This document shows positions 1 through 11,221 of a stretch of DNA of 64,000 nt, piece after piece. Made by a program: the position numbers and the translations under genes. Source of the stretch: Candidatus Xenobia bacterium (lineage in GTDB: Bacteria > Vulcanimicrobiota > Xenobia > Xenobiales > QWHO01); contig BTUM01000001.1 of NCBI GenBank assembly GCA_045863235.1, positions 333,106-397,105 on the forward strand, written 5' to 3'. Every line of letters starts with the position of its first letter. Position 1 is the first letter of the stretch. The notes below the pieces were generated by a model that saw only the letters and a program-made list of their open reading frames with translations, did no database searches and had not been told where the DNA came from.

Positions 1-2795
1 CCCGGGGCATCGAACTCGGCCCGGAACTGCCTCAGCGGTTGGGCTCCGGTGAAGTAGCGGAACAGCAACGAAAGTCGCGCCCCCACGTCCACGGAGAGTG
101 AGCTGTTAAAAGCCCCACGCGAGAGCCGCTCCTGGAACTGGCGTCCCAGTGTGATCACCTGGCGCCAGACGGCCGAGCCGGGCGAACTGTCCGGGCGGGT
201 GGTCATGTACTTGACGGCCAGGGCTCGAGCCGGACGCAGCTGGGCGGCCCCCTGATCGATGGCCAGCGCGCAATAGTAGCCCCACAGATGCCCTACCAGA
301 GTGTTGAGAAGCACGGAAGCGTTCTCGGAGGCCTTAGGCACGTAGATCACGCCGGCCGCGTAAGACTCGAAGGCGTCGAAGCCCTCCGAGCAGATCACGA
401 TGGGCACCGACTTGTGTGACTTGAAGATGGCCACCTCTTTGACCGCGTCCTTGAGCGCCACCAGCGGCAATCCGGCGGCGCAGATCAGCGTCAGCGGCTC
501 GCTGGAGAGATCGATATGCTTCTTGTCCTCGATGTAATCGGTAGCGATCGACTTGTAGCAGAGCTCGCTGAGCTTGATGCGGATCTCGTCGGCGGCGGCC
601 CGGGTGGAGCCGCTGCCGACCACCGCCCAGTCGCGCCGGGTGGGGGCCCAGGCTTCGGCCAGCTGGCTGACCACCGAGTGGTCGGCCAGCACCGACTTCA
701 TCAGGTCGGGAAGCTGCAGGAGCGACTCCAGCTCGTGAAAAGCTTCTTCCTGGCCCAGCGTCCCCATCAGGATGCCCATCTGGTAGGCCAGCAGATAGCC
801 AGCCACCACCTGGCTGTAGAAAGCCTTGGTGGAGGCGACGGACATCTCGATGTCGCGCCCGTCTGAGGTATAAAGGACCCCATCCACCTTGTAGACCAGG
901 TCGGAGTTTCGCCGGTTGACGATGGCCAGCACGGAAGCGCCCTTGCTTTTGACCAGATCCACCGTCCGATTGGTATCGGTGGTGGTGCCCGACTGCGAGA
1001 TAGCGATCACCAGGCAGCTCGTCATATCCGCGAGCATGGAGTAGCCGGAAAGCTCGGTCGCTTTCATGGCCCGAACGTCCACCGAGCTTCCCACCACACG
1101 CTGCATCATCGAGGCCACCGCCTGACCGGCCACGGCAGCCGTGCCCTGGCCAATCAGCAGAACGTGCTTGAGCTCTCTTTGCTTGAGCCGCTCGGCCAGG
1201 GTGGCCGGAAAGACATCCTCGCCCAGCCGCATGGTCACGGCCGGGGGGTTCTCCTCCAGGACAAACTTGCCGCGCAGAGTCTTGCGCACCGACTCGGGCG
1301 ACTCGGAGATCTCCTTGAGCAAGAAATGCTCGAATGGCCCGCGGTTGATGTCACGGGTGGTGATCTCGGCCACCTTGATCTGCTCGGGGGTCAGCTCCAG
1401 CCGATGGCCGTCGAACGACCAGGCCTCGATACCCTCGAGCTCGTGCAGCTTCTTCGCGTCCAGCACCAGAATCTGTCCGGCTGTCTCGGGGCGGCCTGCC
1501 TCGCGCTCGGTGGTGCCGTCCATGCGCAAGAAGCGCGAGGTCTGCTCCACCACCCCGTAGAGCTCGGAGGCAAAGGTGTATCCGTGGGGCCCGATGCCCA
1601 CGAACATGCTCTGGCCGCTGCCGCGCAGGGCCAGGTAGGTGCGGTCGGGCTCGTGAGTGGAGTGCATTACCACCGCAATGGAGCCTTCGCACTCTTGCAT
1701 GGCCCGGCAGAAGGCCTCGCGCATGTTACCGGTCTCGCGGAAATAGGACTCCACCAGCACCGGGATGATCTTGGTATCGGTGGTGATGGGGGCCGAAATG
1801 GTGCGGCCGCTCTCGCGAGCCAGACGCGCCTGCAGCTCGATGTGGTTGTCCACGTCCCCGTTCAGGGCGGCCAGAATGCGGGGAGAGCCTTCGCGCGGCT
1901 GCTCGCGATCGCATCCCGAGGGGACCGTCAGCTCATTGACCGGGTGACAGTTGGGCTCGCTGATGATGCCGTTGGAGGCCCAGCGCGTGTGGCTGAAGAG
2001 GTTGGTGCGCACATCGGGGTCGCTGAGCACCCGCCAGAAAAAGCGATCCTCCAGGATGCTGTGGGCCAGGGCGGCCACATTGTCGCCCAGGGCCCCGACC
2101 TCCTGGGCCACCTTGAAGGTGAAAATCAAGGCGTTGGGTTCCTCGAGCACGGCGCCATCCACGAAGTCCGCCTGACCCAGGCGAGAACGCCATTCCGCCT
2201 GCCTTCCTTCCTGCTCGATCCACTCGTGAAAGCGTTGCAGGCCCTCGCGTTCGGAGAAGGTTGCCAGGATGGAGAGCCCGAGAGAATCTCGCCCACGCAC
2301 CTCCAGGCGGCCGATGTTCTCGAGGACACAAGAGAGCTTCCAGGCCTCGAACTGGGCTTTGGAGTTGTGCTGATAGGCGGCCGGGATCAGGCGACGCAGG
2401 CGCTCGATCCCAGCCAGGATGTCGCGCTCGGCCGTCCAGGCCAGATCGCGGGCCCTAACCCAGAGGGCGTTCCAGCGCTCAACCACTTCGGTGGAGATCT
2501 GCTTGCCCTGCTGCAGCACCAGTGTCTGGCTGCGCACCTCCCAGTCGCCCAGGGTCTGGCTGCATTCCGCCAGCAAGGCCTGATGGTTGGCATCCTCAAG
2601 CAGCTCGCGCAGCACGGAGAACTCGCGCAGAATCGGCGTGTGCTCTTCCAGCGCCAGCAGGGGCGCCTCGAAAGTCTGTGGCTGGAAGGGATCGACCGCC
2701 AGATGAGTCAGCTCTTCCAGGGCAGCGCGATACCCTTTCCAGTCCATCACCGCCTGGCCGGTAGCGTCGTAGAGAATTCCGGCTATTCCGCACAT
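1..2795 (-). CDS. glmS: Long atypical glutamine-fructose-6-phosphate aminotransferase-like protein (Ntn glutaminase + SIS domains); 3' end lies outside the window
   Basis: Missing from the ORF track because it has no stop in the window; translated by hand. ATG at 2795 gives MCGIAGIL (N-terminal Cys). Motifs RLEVRGRDS, SHTRWASN, NGDVDNH, ISQSGTTTDT, VASTKAFY, IKLSELCYK. At least 931 codons. Confidence 0.8.
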   Translation of the reverse strand, partial: MCGIAGILYDATGQAVMDWKGYRAALEELTHLAVDPFQPQTFEAPLLALEEHTPILREFSVLRELLEDANHQALLAECSQTLGDWEVRSQTLVLQQGKQISTEVVERWNALWVRARDLAWTAERDILAGIERLRRLIPAAYQHNSKAQFEAWKLSCVLENIGRLEVRGRDSLGLSILATFSEREGLQRFHEWIEQEGRQAEWRSRLGQADFVDGAVLEEPNALIFTFKVAQEVGALGDNVAALAHSILEDRFFWRVLSDPDVRTNLFSHTRWASNGIISEPNCHPVNELTVPSGCDREQPREGSPRILAALNGDVDNHIELQARLARESGRTISAPITTDTKIIPVLVESYFRETGNMREAFCRAMQECEGSIAVVMHSTHEPDRTYLALRGSGQSMFVGIGPHGYTFASELYGVVEQTSRFLRMDGTTEREAGRPETAGQILVLDAKKLHELEGIEAWSFDGHRLELTPEQIKVAEITTRDINRGPFEHFLLKEISESPESVRKTLRGKFVLEENPPAVTMRLGEDVFPATLAERLKQRELKHVLLIGQGTAAVAGQAVASMMQRVVGSSVDVRAMKATELSGYSMLADMTSCLVIAISQSGTTTDTNRTVDLVKSKGASVLAIVNRRNSDLVYKVDGVLYTSDGRDIEMSVASTKAFYSQVVAGYLLAYQMGILMGTLGQEEAFHELESLLQLPDLMKSVLADHSVVSQLAEAWAPTRRDWAVVGSGSTRAAADEIRIKLSELCYKSIATDYIEDKKHIDLSSEPLTLICAAGLPLVALKDAVKEVAIFKSHKSVPIVICSEGFDAFESYAAGVIYVPKASENASVLLNTLVGHLWGYYCALAIDQGAAQLRPARALAVKYMTTRPDSSPGSAVWRQVITLGRQFQERLSRGAFNSSLSVDVGARLSLLFRYFTGAQPLRQFRAEFDAP

Positions 2796-2912
2796 GACTA
2801 CGTTTCCTCCGCGCGCCTGAAGGCTGGCGCTTGCAGTGTATAGTTGACCCACCCTCGAAATTCCTGTCTGGGGGAAAAGGATCCGCGTGGGACGGGCAGA
2901 ACCGGCCCGCCC

Positions 2913-3947
2913 ATGGCTCTCGCAATCGGTATCACTGGCCTGGCTCAGTCGGGCAAGTCCAGTCTCTTTCAGGCCCTGACGGCCGCCTCCCAGGGCGACG
3001 TAGGAGGCAAACGCCTGCCGATGGCGCGCGCTCCCGTGCCCGACGAGCGACTCGACCGCCTGAGCGCTATCTTCAACCCCAAGAAGACCACCCCGGCCAC
3101 GGTCGACTTCCTGGACATGCCGGGCGGCTCAGGAACCGGCCTGGGGGACCAGGCCCTGGGCGAGATCCGCACGGCCACGGCCCTGGTCGAGGTGGTGCGC
3201 TGCTTCCCCCACGGCTACCTGGGCGAGCCCACTCCCCAGAAGGATATGGAAGACTTCGAGCTGGAGATCATGCTCGCCGATCTGAAGATCGTGGAAGGCC
3301 GGTTGGAGCGCGCCAAGAAGCTGACCCCTCCCGAGAAGGCCGTGCTGGAGCGACTGCAGCCCCCCCTGGCGGCTGGCGACTTCACCGCTCTGCCCCAGTT
3401 TGACGCCGAGGAGCTGAAACTGCTCTCGGGCATGGGTTTGCTCTCGCTCAAGCCCCGCATCTACTGCGCCAACCTGGCCGAAGACCTGATGGGCAAGAAC
3501 AGCGAGCACGAGCAGACGGTCCGGGCTATGGCCGCCCGCCGGGGCACCCAGGCCATCGCTACCAGCGCCCTGCTCGAATCCGAGGTGGCCCAGCTCGATC
3601 CCGAGGAGCGGCAGGCCTTCCTGCAGGACCTGGGCATCCAGGAGACAGGCCTCTCTCAACTGGTGCGAGCCAGTTATGAACGGCTGGGCTTGATGACGTT
3701 CTTCACGGTGGGCGAGGACGAGTGCCGCGCCTGGACCGTGCGCCAGCACGCCCGCGCCCCCGAGGCGGCCGGCGCCATCCACTCCGACCTCGAGCGCGGC
3801 TTCATCCGGGCCGAGGTGATCGGCTACGACACCTTCCTGGCCTGCGGCTCGATGGCCGCCGCCAAGGACCAGGGCAAACTGCGCGTGGAGGGCAAGGAGT
3901 ACGAGGTGCACGAGGGGGAGATTGTGCACATTCGTTTCAACGTTTAG
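2913..3947 (+). CDS. ychF: YchF/Obg-family ATPase (DUF933 C-terminus)
   Basis: P-loop GLAQSGKSS, VPDERL, C-terminal FFTVGEDECRAW...AAGAIHSDLERGFIRAEV...EGKEY; ATG 2913 chosen as start. Confidence 0.9.
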   Translation: MALAIGITGLAQSGKSSLFQALTAASQGDVGGKRLPMARAPVPDERLDRLSAIFNPKKTTPATVDFLDMPGGSGTGLGDQALGEIRTATALVEVVRCFPHGYLGEPTPQKDMEDFELEIMLADLKIVEGRLERAKKLTPPEKAVLERLQPPLAAGDFTALPQFDAEELKLLSGMGLLSLKPRIYCANLAEDLMGKNSEHEQTVRAMAARRGTQAIATSALLESEVAQLDPEERQAFLQDLGIQETGLSQLVRASYERLGLMTFFTVGEDECRAWTVRQHARAPEAAGAIHSDLERGFIRAEVIGYDTFLACGSMAAAKDQGKLRVEGKEYEVHEGEIVHIRFNV

Positions 3948-4001
3948 CATCTCTTTACTGAGCCACGCAGGGAGCATGCCGGGGTGGGGGAAATCCTTCT
4001 C

Positions 4002-5063
<1,062 letters not shown>

Positions 5064-5106
5064 CAGGTGATGCCCTACACAACCGGTTTTGCATCAGCCT
5101 GCAAGA

Positions 5107-5577
5107 CTACCAGATCTTATCCAGCTTGTCGGCGTAATAATGGAGCGCCCGACCGTAGGCCAGGATGCGCTCGTCACCCGTGGTCTCGAGCAACTGGGTC
5201 AAGAGGATCTCCATGGCCCGCTCAGAGCGACCCAGGTTGTAATAAGCCAGCGCGCTGAACACCTTGAGAGCCCGATCGTCGGGAAATTGCTCGCTGGCCC
5301 GGGACAACAGCTCCAGCGAATCGTGGTAGCGCCCCAAACAGCGGTAGGTGCTGCCCAGGCCGACGTAGGCCCCTCGCAGCTCCTCTCCTTCCAGCCCCTG
5401 CTCGATGGCCCGCTCGTAATATTGCACCGCTTCGCTCTCGCGGCCCAGCTTGTCGTGGGTCCAGGCGCACTGATACAAGACTTCCGGGTCGTCGGGATGC
5501 TCCGAGCAGAGAGCGAGGATCCCCTCGAGATCCCCGGCTTCCCGCAGAGTGACGGCTCTCTGCAACACTTCTCTCAT
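5107..5577 (-). CDS. Small tetratricopeptide-repeat protein
   Basis: TPR pattern AWTHDKLGRESEAVQYYERA, GLGSTYRCLG, ALAYYNLG. Confidence 0.8.
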   Translation of the reverse strand: MREVLQRAVTLREAGDLEGILALCSEHPDDPEVLYQCAWTHDKLGRESEAVQYYERAIEQGLEGEELRGAYVGLGSTYRCLGRYHDSLELLSRASEQFPDDRALKVFSALAYYNLGRSERAMEILLTQLLETTGDERILAYGRALHYYADKLDKIW

Positions 5578-5621
5578 TGAAGGAAATTCAGCCCTTCCTG
5601 ACAAACTTTCATCGACCAGCC

Positions 5622-8600
5622 ATGTACCTGAAACGTTTAGAGCTTTCCGGCTTCAAAACCTTTGCCGACAAGATCGACCTGGAGTTGCCCCGAGGCTTTC
5701 TGGCCGTGGTCGGCCCCAACGGAAGCGGCAAGAGCAACCTCACCGACGCGCTGCGCTTCTGCCTGGGCGAGCAGAGCCTCAAAGTGCTGCGGGCCAACAA
5801 AGCCGAAGAGCTGATCTTCGCCGGCACCAATAACCGGCGTCCGGCCCCCTTTTGCGAAGTGAGCGCGGTGTTCGACAACTCCGACGGCCATCTACCGGTC
5901 GATTTCGCAGAGGTTTCCATCACCCGCCGCATCGAGCGCAGCGGCGACACCAAGTATTTCATCAACCGCACCACCTGCCGGCTCAAGGACATCCACGAGC
6001 TCTTGATGGGCAGCGGCATCGGTCCGGGCTCGTTCTCGGTCCTGGGCGGGCGCGAGGTGGACCGGGTGCTGTCCACCGACCCCAAGGAGCGGCGAATGAT
6101 GCTCGAGGAGACGGCCGGCGTCAACCGCTACCGCTTCCGCAAGCAGGAAGCCGAGCGGCGCCTGCAGCGCACGGCCGCCAACCTGACCCGGCTCAAGGAC
6201 ATCCTGATCGAGGTCGAGCAACAGTGGGAGGAGAGCAAGAAGCAGCTCGCCCGCTACGAGCGCTACAAGAAAGCCCAGGACGAGCTGAAAGAGCTCGATT
6301 GCCAGGTGGCCCACTTCGACTACAGCCAGCTGGAAGGAAAGCGCGTCCTGCTGCAGGGCCGCGTGGAGGAGCTGGAGGGGGTGGCGACCGCCAGCGCCGC
6401 CAGCGAAGCCGAGCTCTCCACCAGGCTCGAGCTCCTGCAGGAGAAGCGGACCACGCAGGAGGCTGAACGCGAGCGCCAGGGCGCCGAACTGGCCGCCATG
6501 CGCGAGGAGTCCGTGGCCAAGAAGGCCGCCTACGACGGGCTCTTCGGACGGGCCCGCGATCTGGAGCATTCGGCCCGGGTAGCCGAAGAGCGCCTGCAAG
6601 CGGCTCAGGACCGGCTGACCCTGCGCAGCCACGACCTGGACCGGTTGGGACGCGAGCGTCCTCGCCTGCTGGCCGAGGTCGCCGAGGCAGAAGAGCGCGT
6701 GAGGAAGCTGCGCGCCGAGTGGGAAGCGCTGCCCTTGCCCGGCCAGGGGGCCCACGGCGACCTGCGCGCCAAATTGCAGCAACTCGACCAGGAGCTGAGC
6801 CGCCTGATGGCCCGGGTCGAGAGCCTGCAGACCCGACTGGATACCGACCAGCGCCGCATGGACGAGATCGAGGCTTTGAGCCTGGCCGCCCGGGGTGAAG
6901 CCGGCGAGGCGGTCGATCTGGCTCCTCTGGTGGGCGACGCCGAAGGGCGCCTGAATGCGGCCCTGGAACGGCAGAAGGAGCTGCAGACCGCCTGGACCGC
7001 CAGCGAGAAAGACCTGATGGACGCGCGCAACAACCGCAAGGTGCTCGAGAACGAGCGTCGGCCGCTGTTCACGCGCTGCACCGAGCTCGAATCCTTCCTG
7101 GAGGACCGCAGTGGCATGCCGGCCGCGGTGCGGGCGGTGATGGCCTGGAAACAGCCCGGCACCGTCGGGCTGGTGGGCGAGTTGATCAAAGTGCGCGAGG
7201 GCATGGAAGTGGCCGTGGAGGCCGCCCTGGGCGGACATATGCACGACGTCATCACGCGTGACCGCAGCACCGCCTCGGGGCTGATCGAGCGGCTCAAGCA
7301 AGAGCGCATCGGGCGGGTCACCTTCTGGCCCCTGGACCTCTCGCGCAAGGCCGCTCCCAAACCTGAGCTGCCCTCGCGCCAGGGGGTCGTGGGGCTGGCC
7401 CTGGAGCTGATCGGCTACCCCAAGGAAATCCTGCCGGTGCTGGAAGAGATGCTCGGGCGCACGGTCTTCATGGAGGACCTGCCCTCGGCCCTGGCGCTCT
7501 ACGATCGTGGCTTCGGGCGCAGACCCCACCTGGTCACCTTGCAGGGTGAGTACCTGTCCCCCAGCGGCGCCCTGACGGGCGGCAGCCTGGCCCAGAACCG
7601 TTCCAACCTGCTCACACGTCGGCGCCAGCTCGAAGACGCTCGGGCCTCTCTCAACGGGCTGGAGAAGCGCCTGCTAGAGCAGCAAGAGCGTGAAGAGCAC
7701 GTGCAGAAGCTGCGCTATGAGCTGGAGCGCGAGAAAGCCCTGTTGGACGAGGAGATCCGCAAGCTGCGCCAGGAGGTGGGCGACCTGACCGCCCAGCAGC
7801 GCCGCCACGAGGCTGACCAGGAGCGTTCCACCAGGGCTCTGGAGAAGCTTGAAGCCGAGCGAGCCGAGCTTGTGCGGCGGGGCGAGCAGTGGGCCGCCGA
7901 GCTGACCCAGTCGGATATCGACCGCGAGCGTCTGCAAGCTGAGCAGGAGAAGACCCGCGAGCTTCAGGCCCAGAACCAGGAGGAGGAGGCCCGCCGTCAG
8001 GTAGCCCGCGAGCGCATGCAGCAACAGGTGCTGGAAGCCGAGCTCGACCTGCAGCGCTGCCAGCAAAAACAGCATGAGCTCGACCGTGAGCTGGCCTCTA
8101 TCCAGGCTCGCGCCGACGAGCTGGCGGCCGACCAGGCCCAGGCCCGGGCCGAGCAGGAGCGCTGCTTGCAGGCCCGCAAGGACCTGGAGACGGAAGGCGC
8201 CCAGCTGCAGCAAGACCTGGCCCGCCTGGAGGTGGAGCTGGTCACCCGCTCCACCGCCCTGGAAGAGCTGAAGAGCTCGCTGGCGGCCGTGGACCGCGAG
8301 CTGGGCGAGCTGAAGAAGCAGCATCACGAGGTGGCAGCGAGCGCGGCTGAGCAAGGCCGCAAGCTGCACTCACTGCAGGTGGAGCTGGCCGGAGTGCAGG
8401 CCCGGGCCGAGGAGGCCCTGGCCCGGGTGGAGGAGCTTGGGCTGAGCCTGGACGAGCCCCCGGAGCTACCCGAAGGGATCGACCTGGACAAGATCCGCAC
8501 TCAAGCCCAGCGGGTCAAAAGCTATCTGGAGAACTTCGGCAGCGTCAACCTGGGGGCCCGGGAAGACTTCGAGCGCCTGCAAGGACGCCAGGCCGACCTG

Positions 8601-9170
8601 ACCACCCAGATCGCCGACCTGGAGGAGGGCTCCGCCAGCCTGCGCCAGATCATGGCCGAGATGGACGCGGCCACCGTGGAGCAGTTCCAGGCCTCGTTCA
8701 CGGCTGTCAACGAGACCTTTAGCCGCATGTACACCGAGCTCTTCGGGGGGGGCACGGCCCAGCTCGAGCTGACCAACCCGGCCGACGTGCTCGAATCGGG
8801 GGTGGAGATCGTGGCCCGCCCCCCGGGTAAGAAGGTGCAGAACCTGACGTTAATGTCCTCGGGCGAGCGGGCCCTGTCGGCCATCGCCTTCCTGCTGGCC
8901 TTGCTGGCTCACCGTCCCAGCCCCATCGTCATCCTGGACGAGCTGGACGCCCCCCTGGACGACTCCAACGTGGAGAAGGTGGCCGCCCGCCTGCTCGAGT
9001 TCTCGACCTCCTCGCAGTTCCTCTGCATCACCCATAACCGCAAGACAATGGAGTTTGCTGACCGGCTCTACGGCGTCACTATGGAAGAGCCTGGCGTGAG
9101 TCGGATGCTGACAGTGACCCTCAGCGGTCAGCCAGTCAGCGAGCCCCAGGCCCAGGAGGTGACCGCGTGA
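5622..9170 (+). CDS. smc: Chromosome segregation protein SMC
   Basis: MYLKRLELSGFKTF, Walker A GPNGSGKSN, long coiled coils, hinge GEYLSPSGALTGG, Walker B ILDELDAPLD, ITHNRKTM. Confidence 0.95.
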   Translation: MYLKRLELSGFKTFADKIDLELPRGFLAVVGPNGSGKSNLTDALRFCLGEQSLKVLRANKAEELIFAGTNNRRPAPFCEVSAVFDNSDGHLPVDFAEVSITRRIERSGDTKYFINRTTCRLKDIHELLMGSGIGPGSFSVLGGREVDRVLSTDPKERRMMLEETAGVNRYRFRKQEAERRLQRTAANLTRLKDILIEVEQQWEESKKQLARYERYKKAQDELKELDCQVAHFDYSQLEGKRVLLQGRVEELEGVATASAASEAELSTRLELLQEKRTTQEAERERQGAELAAMREESVAKKAAYDGLFGRARDLEHSARVAEERLQAAQDRLTLRSHDLDRLGRERPRLLAEVAEAEERVRKLRAEWEALPLPGQGAHGDLRAKLQQLDQELSRLMARVESLQTRLDTDQRRMDEIEALSLAARGEAGEAVDLAPLVGDAEGRLNAALERQKELQTAWTASEKDLMDARNNRKVLENERRPLFTRCTELESFLEDRSGMPAAVRAVMAWKQPGTVGLVGELIKVREGMEVAVEAALGGHMHDVITRDRSTASGLIERLKQERIGRVTFWPLDLSRKAAPKPELPSRQGVVGLALELIGYPKEILPVLEEMLGRTVFMEDLPSALALYDRGFGRRPHLVTLQGEYLSPSGALTGGSLAQNRSNLLTRRRQLEDARASLNGLEKRLLEQQEREEHVQKLRYELEREKALLDEEIRKLRQEVGDLTAQQRRHEADQERSTRALEKLEAERAELVRRGEQWAAELTQSDIDRERLQAEQEKTRELQAQNQEEEARRQVARERMQQQVLEAELDLQRCQQKQHELDRELASIQARADELAADQAQARAEQERCLQARKDLETEGAQLQQDLARLEVELVTRSTALEELKSSLAAVDRELGELKKQHHEVAASAAEQGRKLHSLQVELAGVQARAEEALARVEELGLSLDEPPELPEGIDLDKIRTQAQRVKSYLENFGSVNLGAREDFERLQGRQADLTTQIADLEEGSASLRQIMAEMDAATVEQFQASFTAVNETFSRMYTELFGGGTAQLELTNPADVLESGVEIVARPPGKKVQNLTLMSSGERALSAIAFLLALLAHRPSPIVILDELDAPLDDSNVEKVAARLLEFSTSSQFLCITHNRKTMEFADRLYGVTMEEPGVSRMLTVTLSGQPVSEPQAQEVTA

Positions 9171-9856
9171 GCCGCCTGCGCGAGCTGACGGGCAAGGGTC
9201 GCTTTCGCCTGATGGTGAGCCTGCCCAAGAATCGTGTGGATCTGGCCCTGGCGGCGGTCGAGGCGGGGGCCGAGATCCTCAAGGTCCACCTGAACTGCCA
9301 CCACTTCGCCTCAGACACCCGCTTCGGCAGTTGGCGGGACGAACAGCCGGTCCTGCGCAAAATCCTGGACGCGGTCCAGGTTCCGGTCGGAATCGTCACC
9401 GGTGAGGAGACCCAGCCATCGGCCGCGGAGTGGGCCGAGCTGGCCGACTTCGGGTTCGACTTCTGGGACCTCTTCGCGCGCTCTACCGCCCCGGGGTGCT
9501 TCGAGGTCCCTCGCCTGGGCCGCATGGTGGCAGTGGACGACAGCTGGACGGCAGAGATGGTGCAGGACATGGTCAAGCTGGGGGTGGATGTGTTCGAAGC
9601 CTCCATCATCCCGCGCAGCCAGTACCGAACCACCCTCAACCTGGTCGACCTGACCCGCTACGCCGCCTTGAGCCGGGCCGCCGGAGTGCCCATCATGGTG
9701 CCCAGCCAGAAGGCCGTGCGTCCGGATGAGGTGGGCTGGTTGCGCCGGGTGGGGGCCAGCGGTATCACCATCGGGGCCATCGTCACCGGACTGGAGCTGG
9801 AGAGCCTGAGAGAGGCCACCGCCAGCTTCCGGGCCGCCATCGACGCGCTGGACTGA
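9167..9856 (+). CDS. Conserved hypothetical protein, probable TIM barrel
   Basis: GTGA overlap with smc; alternating beta/alpha pattern, KVHLNCHH, PSQK, IGAIVTG. Confidence 0.6.
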   Translation: MSRLRELTGKGRFRLMVSLPKNRVDLALAAVEAGAEILKVHLNCHHFASDTRFGSWRDEQPVLRKILDAVQVPVGIVTGEETQPSAAEWAELADFGFDFWDLFARSTAPGCFEVPRLGRMVAVDDSWTAEMVQDMVKLGVDVFEASIIPRSQYRTTLNLVDLTRYAALSRAAGVPIMVPSQKAVRPDEVGWLRRVGASGITIGAIVTGLELESLREATASFRAAIDALD

Positions 9857-9859
9857 GCC

Positions 9860-11221
9860 TTGTCCATCCTGCTCGTCCCGCTGGACGACCGCCCCTGCTG
9901 CACCCAGTTCGTCCAGCGCCTGGCAGCCATGGCCGGGCGGGAGCTGGTCCTCCCCGACCGACTGGGAAACTTCCTCAGCCCGGGAGACCCCGAGGCCATG
10001 CTGGCGGCCATGGACGAGCCTCACGAAGCCCTCCTGGTCTCGTTGGACATGGTGGCCTGGGGAGGGCTGGTGGCCTCCAGGGCTCAGAAGGAGCCACTGG
10101 AAACGGCCCGAGAGCGGCTAGAAAGGGCGGCCTTGCTGGCCTCCGGCCGCCCGGCCTGCGCTTTTCAGTCCATCATGCGGACCGCGCCTACCCAGACCAG
10201 TCGTCAGGAGGTCGAGCTGGCCGAGAAGCTGGTCGAGCTCTCGGTCCTGACGGCCCGCCGAGATCCCCGCGCCTCGGCCTTACGGGCCACCTTGCCAGCG
10301 GACTACCTGGAAGACTACCTGACTCGCCGCAAGCGGGCTCACCAGCTCAATCGCCTGGCCATCGATCAGGCTGGTCAGGGTAGCTGGAGAGAGCTTCTTC
10401 TGGGTATCGACGACAGCCGGACCGAGGGTTGGAACGTGCTGGAGATCCTGGAGTTGGAGCCGCTGCTGCCTTCGAACGCCAGCATCGCTCCGGGCACCGA
10501 CGAGATGGCCCTGCTCTTGTTCACCCGTCTGGTCAGACTGACCCGGGCCATTCAGGTCCTCTGGTTCCCTGACGAGTCCGCCCGGCGGGTGGGGCGATAC
10601 GAAGACCGTTCCCTCCTGCGAGTGGTCCAGGCCCAGGCCCGTGCCGCCGGACTGACGCTGGGTGCATCCCGCCGCCAGCTCTGGGTCTACGGTCCCCTGG
10701 GGGACCAGGGGGAGGCCTGCGAGCAGCCCGCCGACGGGTCGGAACGGGCCGACGCCTTCGTCAACAAGCTGCGCGAAGGCCTGGAAGGCGGGCTCGAGAT
10801 CGCCGTCGCAGACGTTGCCCATGCCAATGGCGGCGATCTGCCGCTGCTCCAATCTCTGGTGGCCTCTGGCCTGGCGCCGCAATTGATCGGCTACGCCGCC
10901 TGGAACACCGCCGGCAACACTCTGGGAACGGCTCTGAGCGTGCTGGGCTGCTGGCCCGAGCAAGCCGGGCCGGCCCAACAACGGGCGCGACTTCGATTCT
11001 TGATGGAGCGGCTGCTCGACGACGGCTACTACCAGGCCGAGATCCGTCAGCACGGCGGAACAGCCGGACTCAAGGACGTGCCCCAAAGCCAGCTCGACTC
11101 GATCCGACGGGAGCTGAGCCAGCGACTGGACAGATTGACCAGCGCGGGATTTCCTTCCGAACGGCTTCAGGTCGAGCTTCCCTGGGGTCGCCTGTTCGAA
11201 GTGCGACTCCAGGTCGCCTAG
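9860..11221 (+). CDS. DUF4127-family protein
   Basis: N-terminal VPLDDRP, DMVAWGGLVASR, PGTDE, YAAWNTAGNTLG, PWGRLFE. Confidence 0.75.
   Translation: MSILLVPLDDRPCCTQFVQRLAAMAGRELVLPDRLGNFLSPGDPEAMLAAMDEPHEALLVSLDMVAWGGLVASRAQKEPLETARERLERAALLASGRPACAFQSIMRTAPTQTSRQEVELAEKLVELSVLTARRDPRASALRATLPADYLEDYLTRRKRAHQLNRLAIDQAGQGSWRELLLGIDDSRTEGWNVLEILELEPLLPSNASIAPGTDEMALLLFTRLVRLTRAIQVLWFPDESARRVGRYEDRSLLRVVQAQARAAGLTLGASRRQLWVYGPLGDQGEACEQPADGSERADAFVNKLREGLEGGLEIAVADVAHANGGDLPLLQSLVASGLAPQLIGYAAWNTAGNTLGTALSVLGCWPEQAGPAQQRARLRFLMERLLDDGYYQAEIRQHGGTAGLKDVPQSQLDSIRRELSQRLDRLTSAGFPSERLQVELPWGRLFEVRLQVA

Noticed and set aside
1164..2843. 559-aa plus-strand ORF, and similar long antisense ORFs (3129-4826, 5892-7529, 56368-57624 and others)
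   Set aside because: Shadow frames of well-supported genes on the other strand; expected in GC-rich DNA and lacking recognisable motifs.
2796..2912. glmS ribozyme upstream of the glmS-like gene
   Set aside because: The gap is only 117 bp, is shared with the divergent ychF, and shows no ribozyme core that I recognise.
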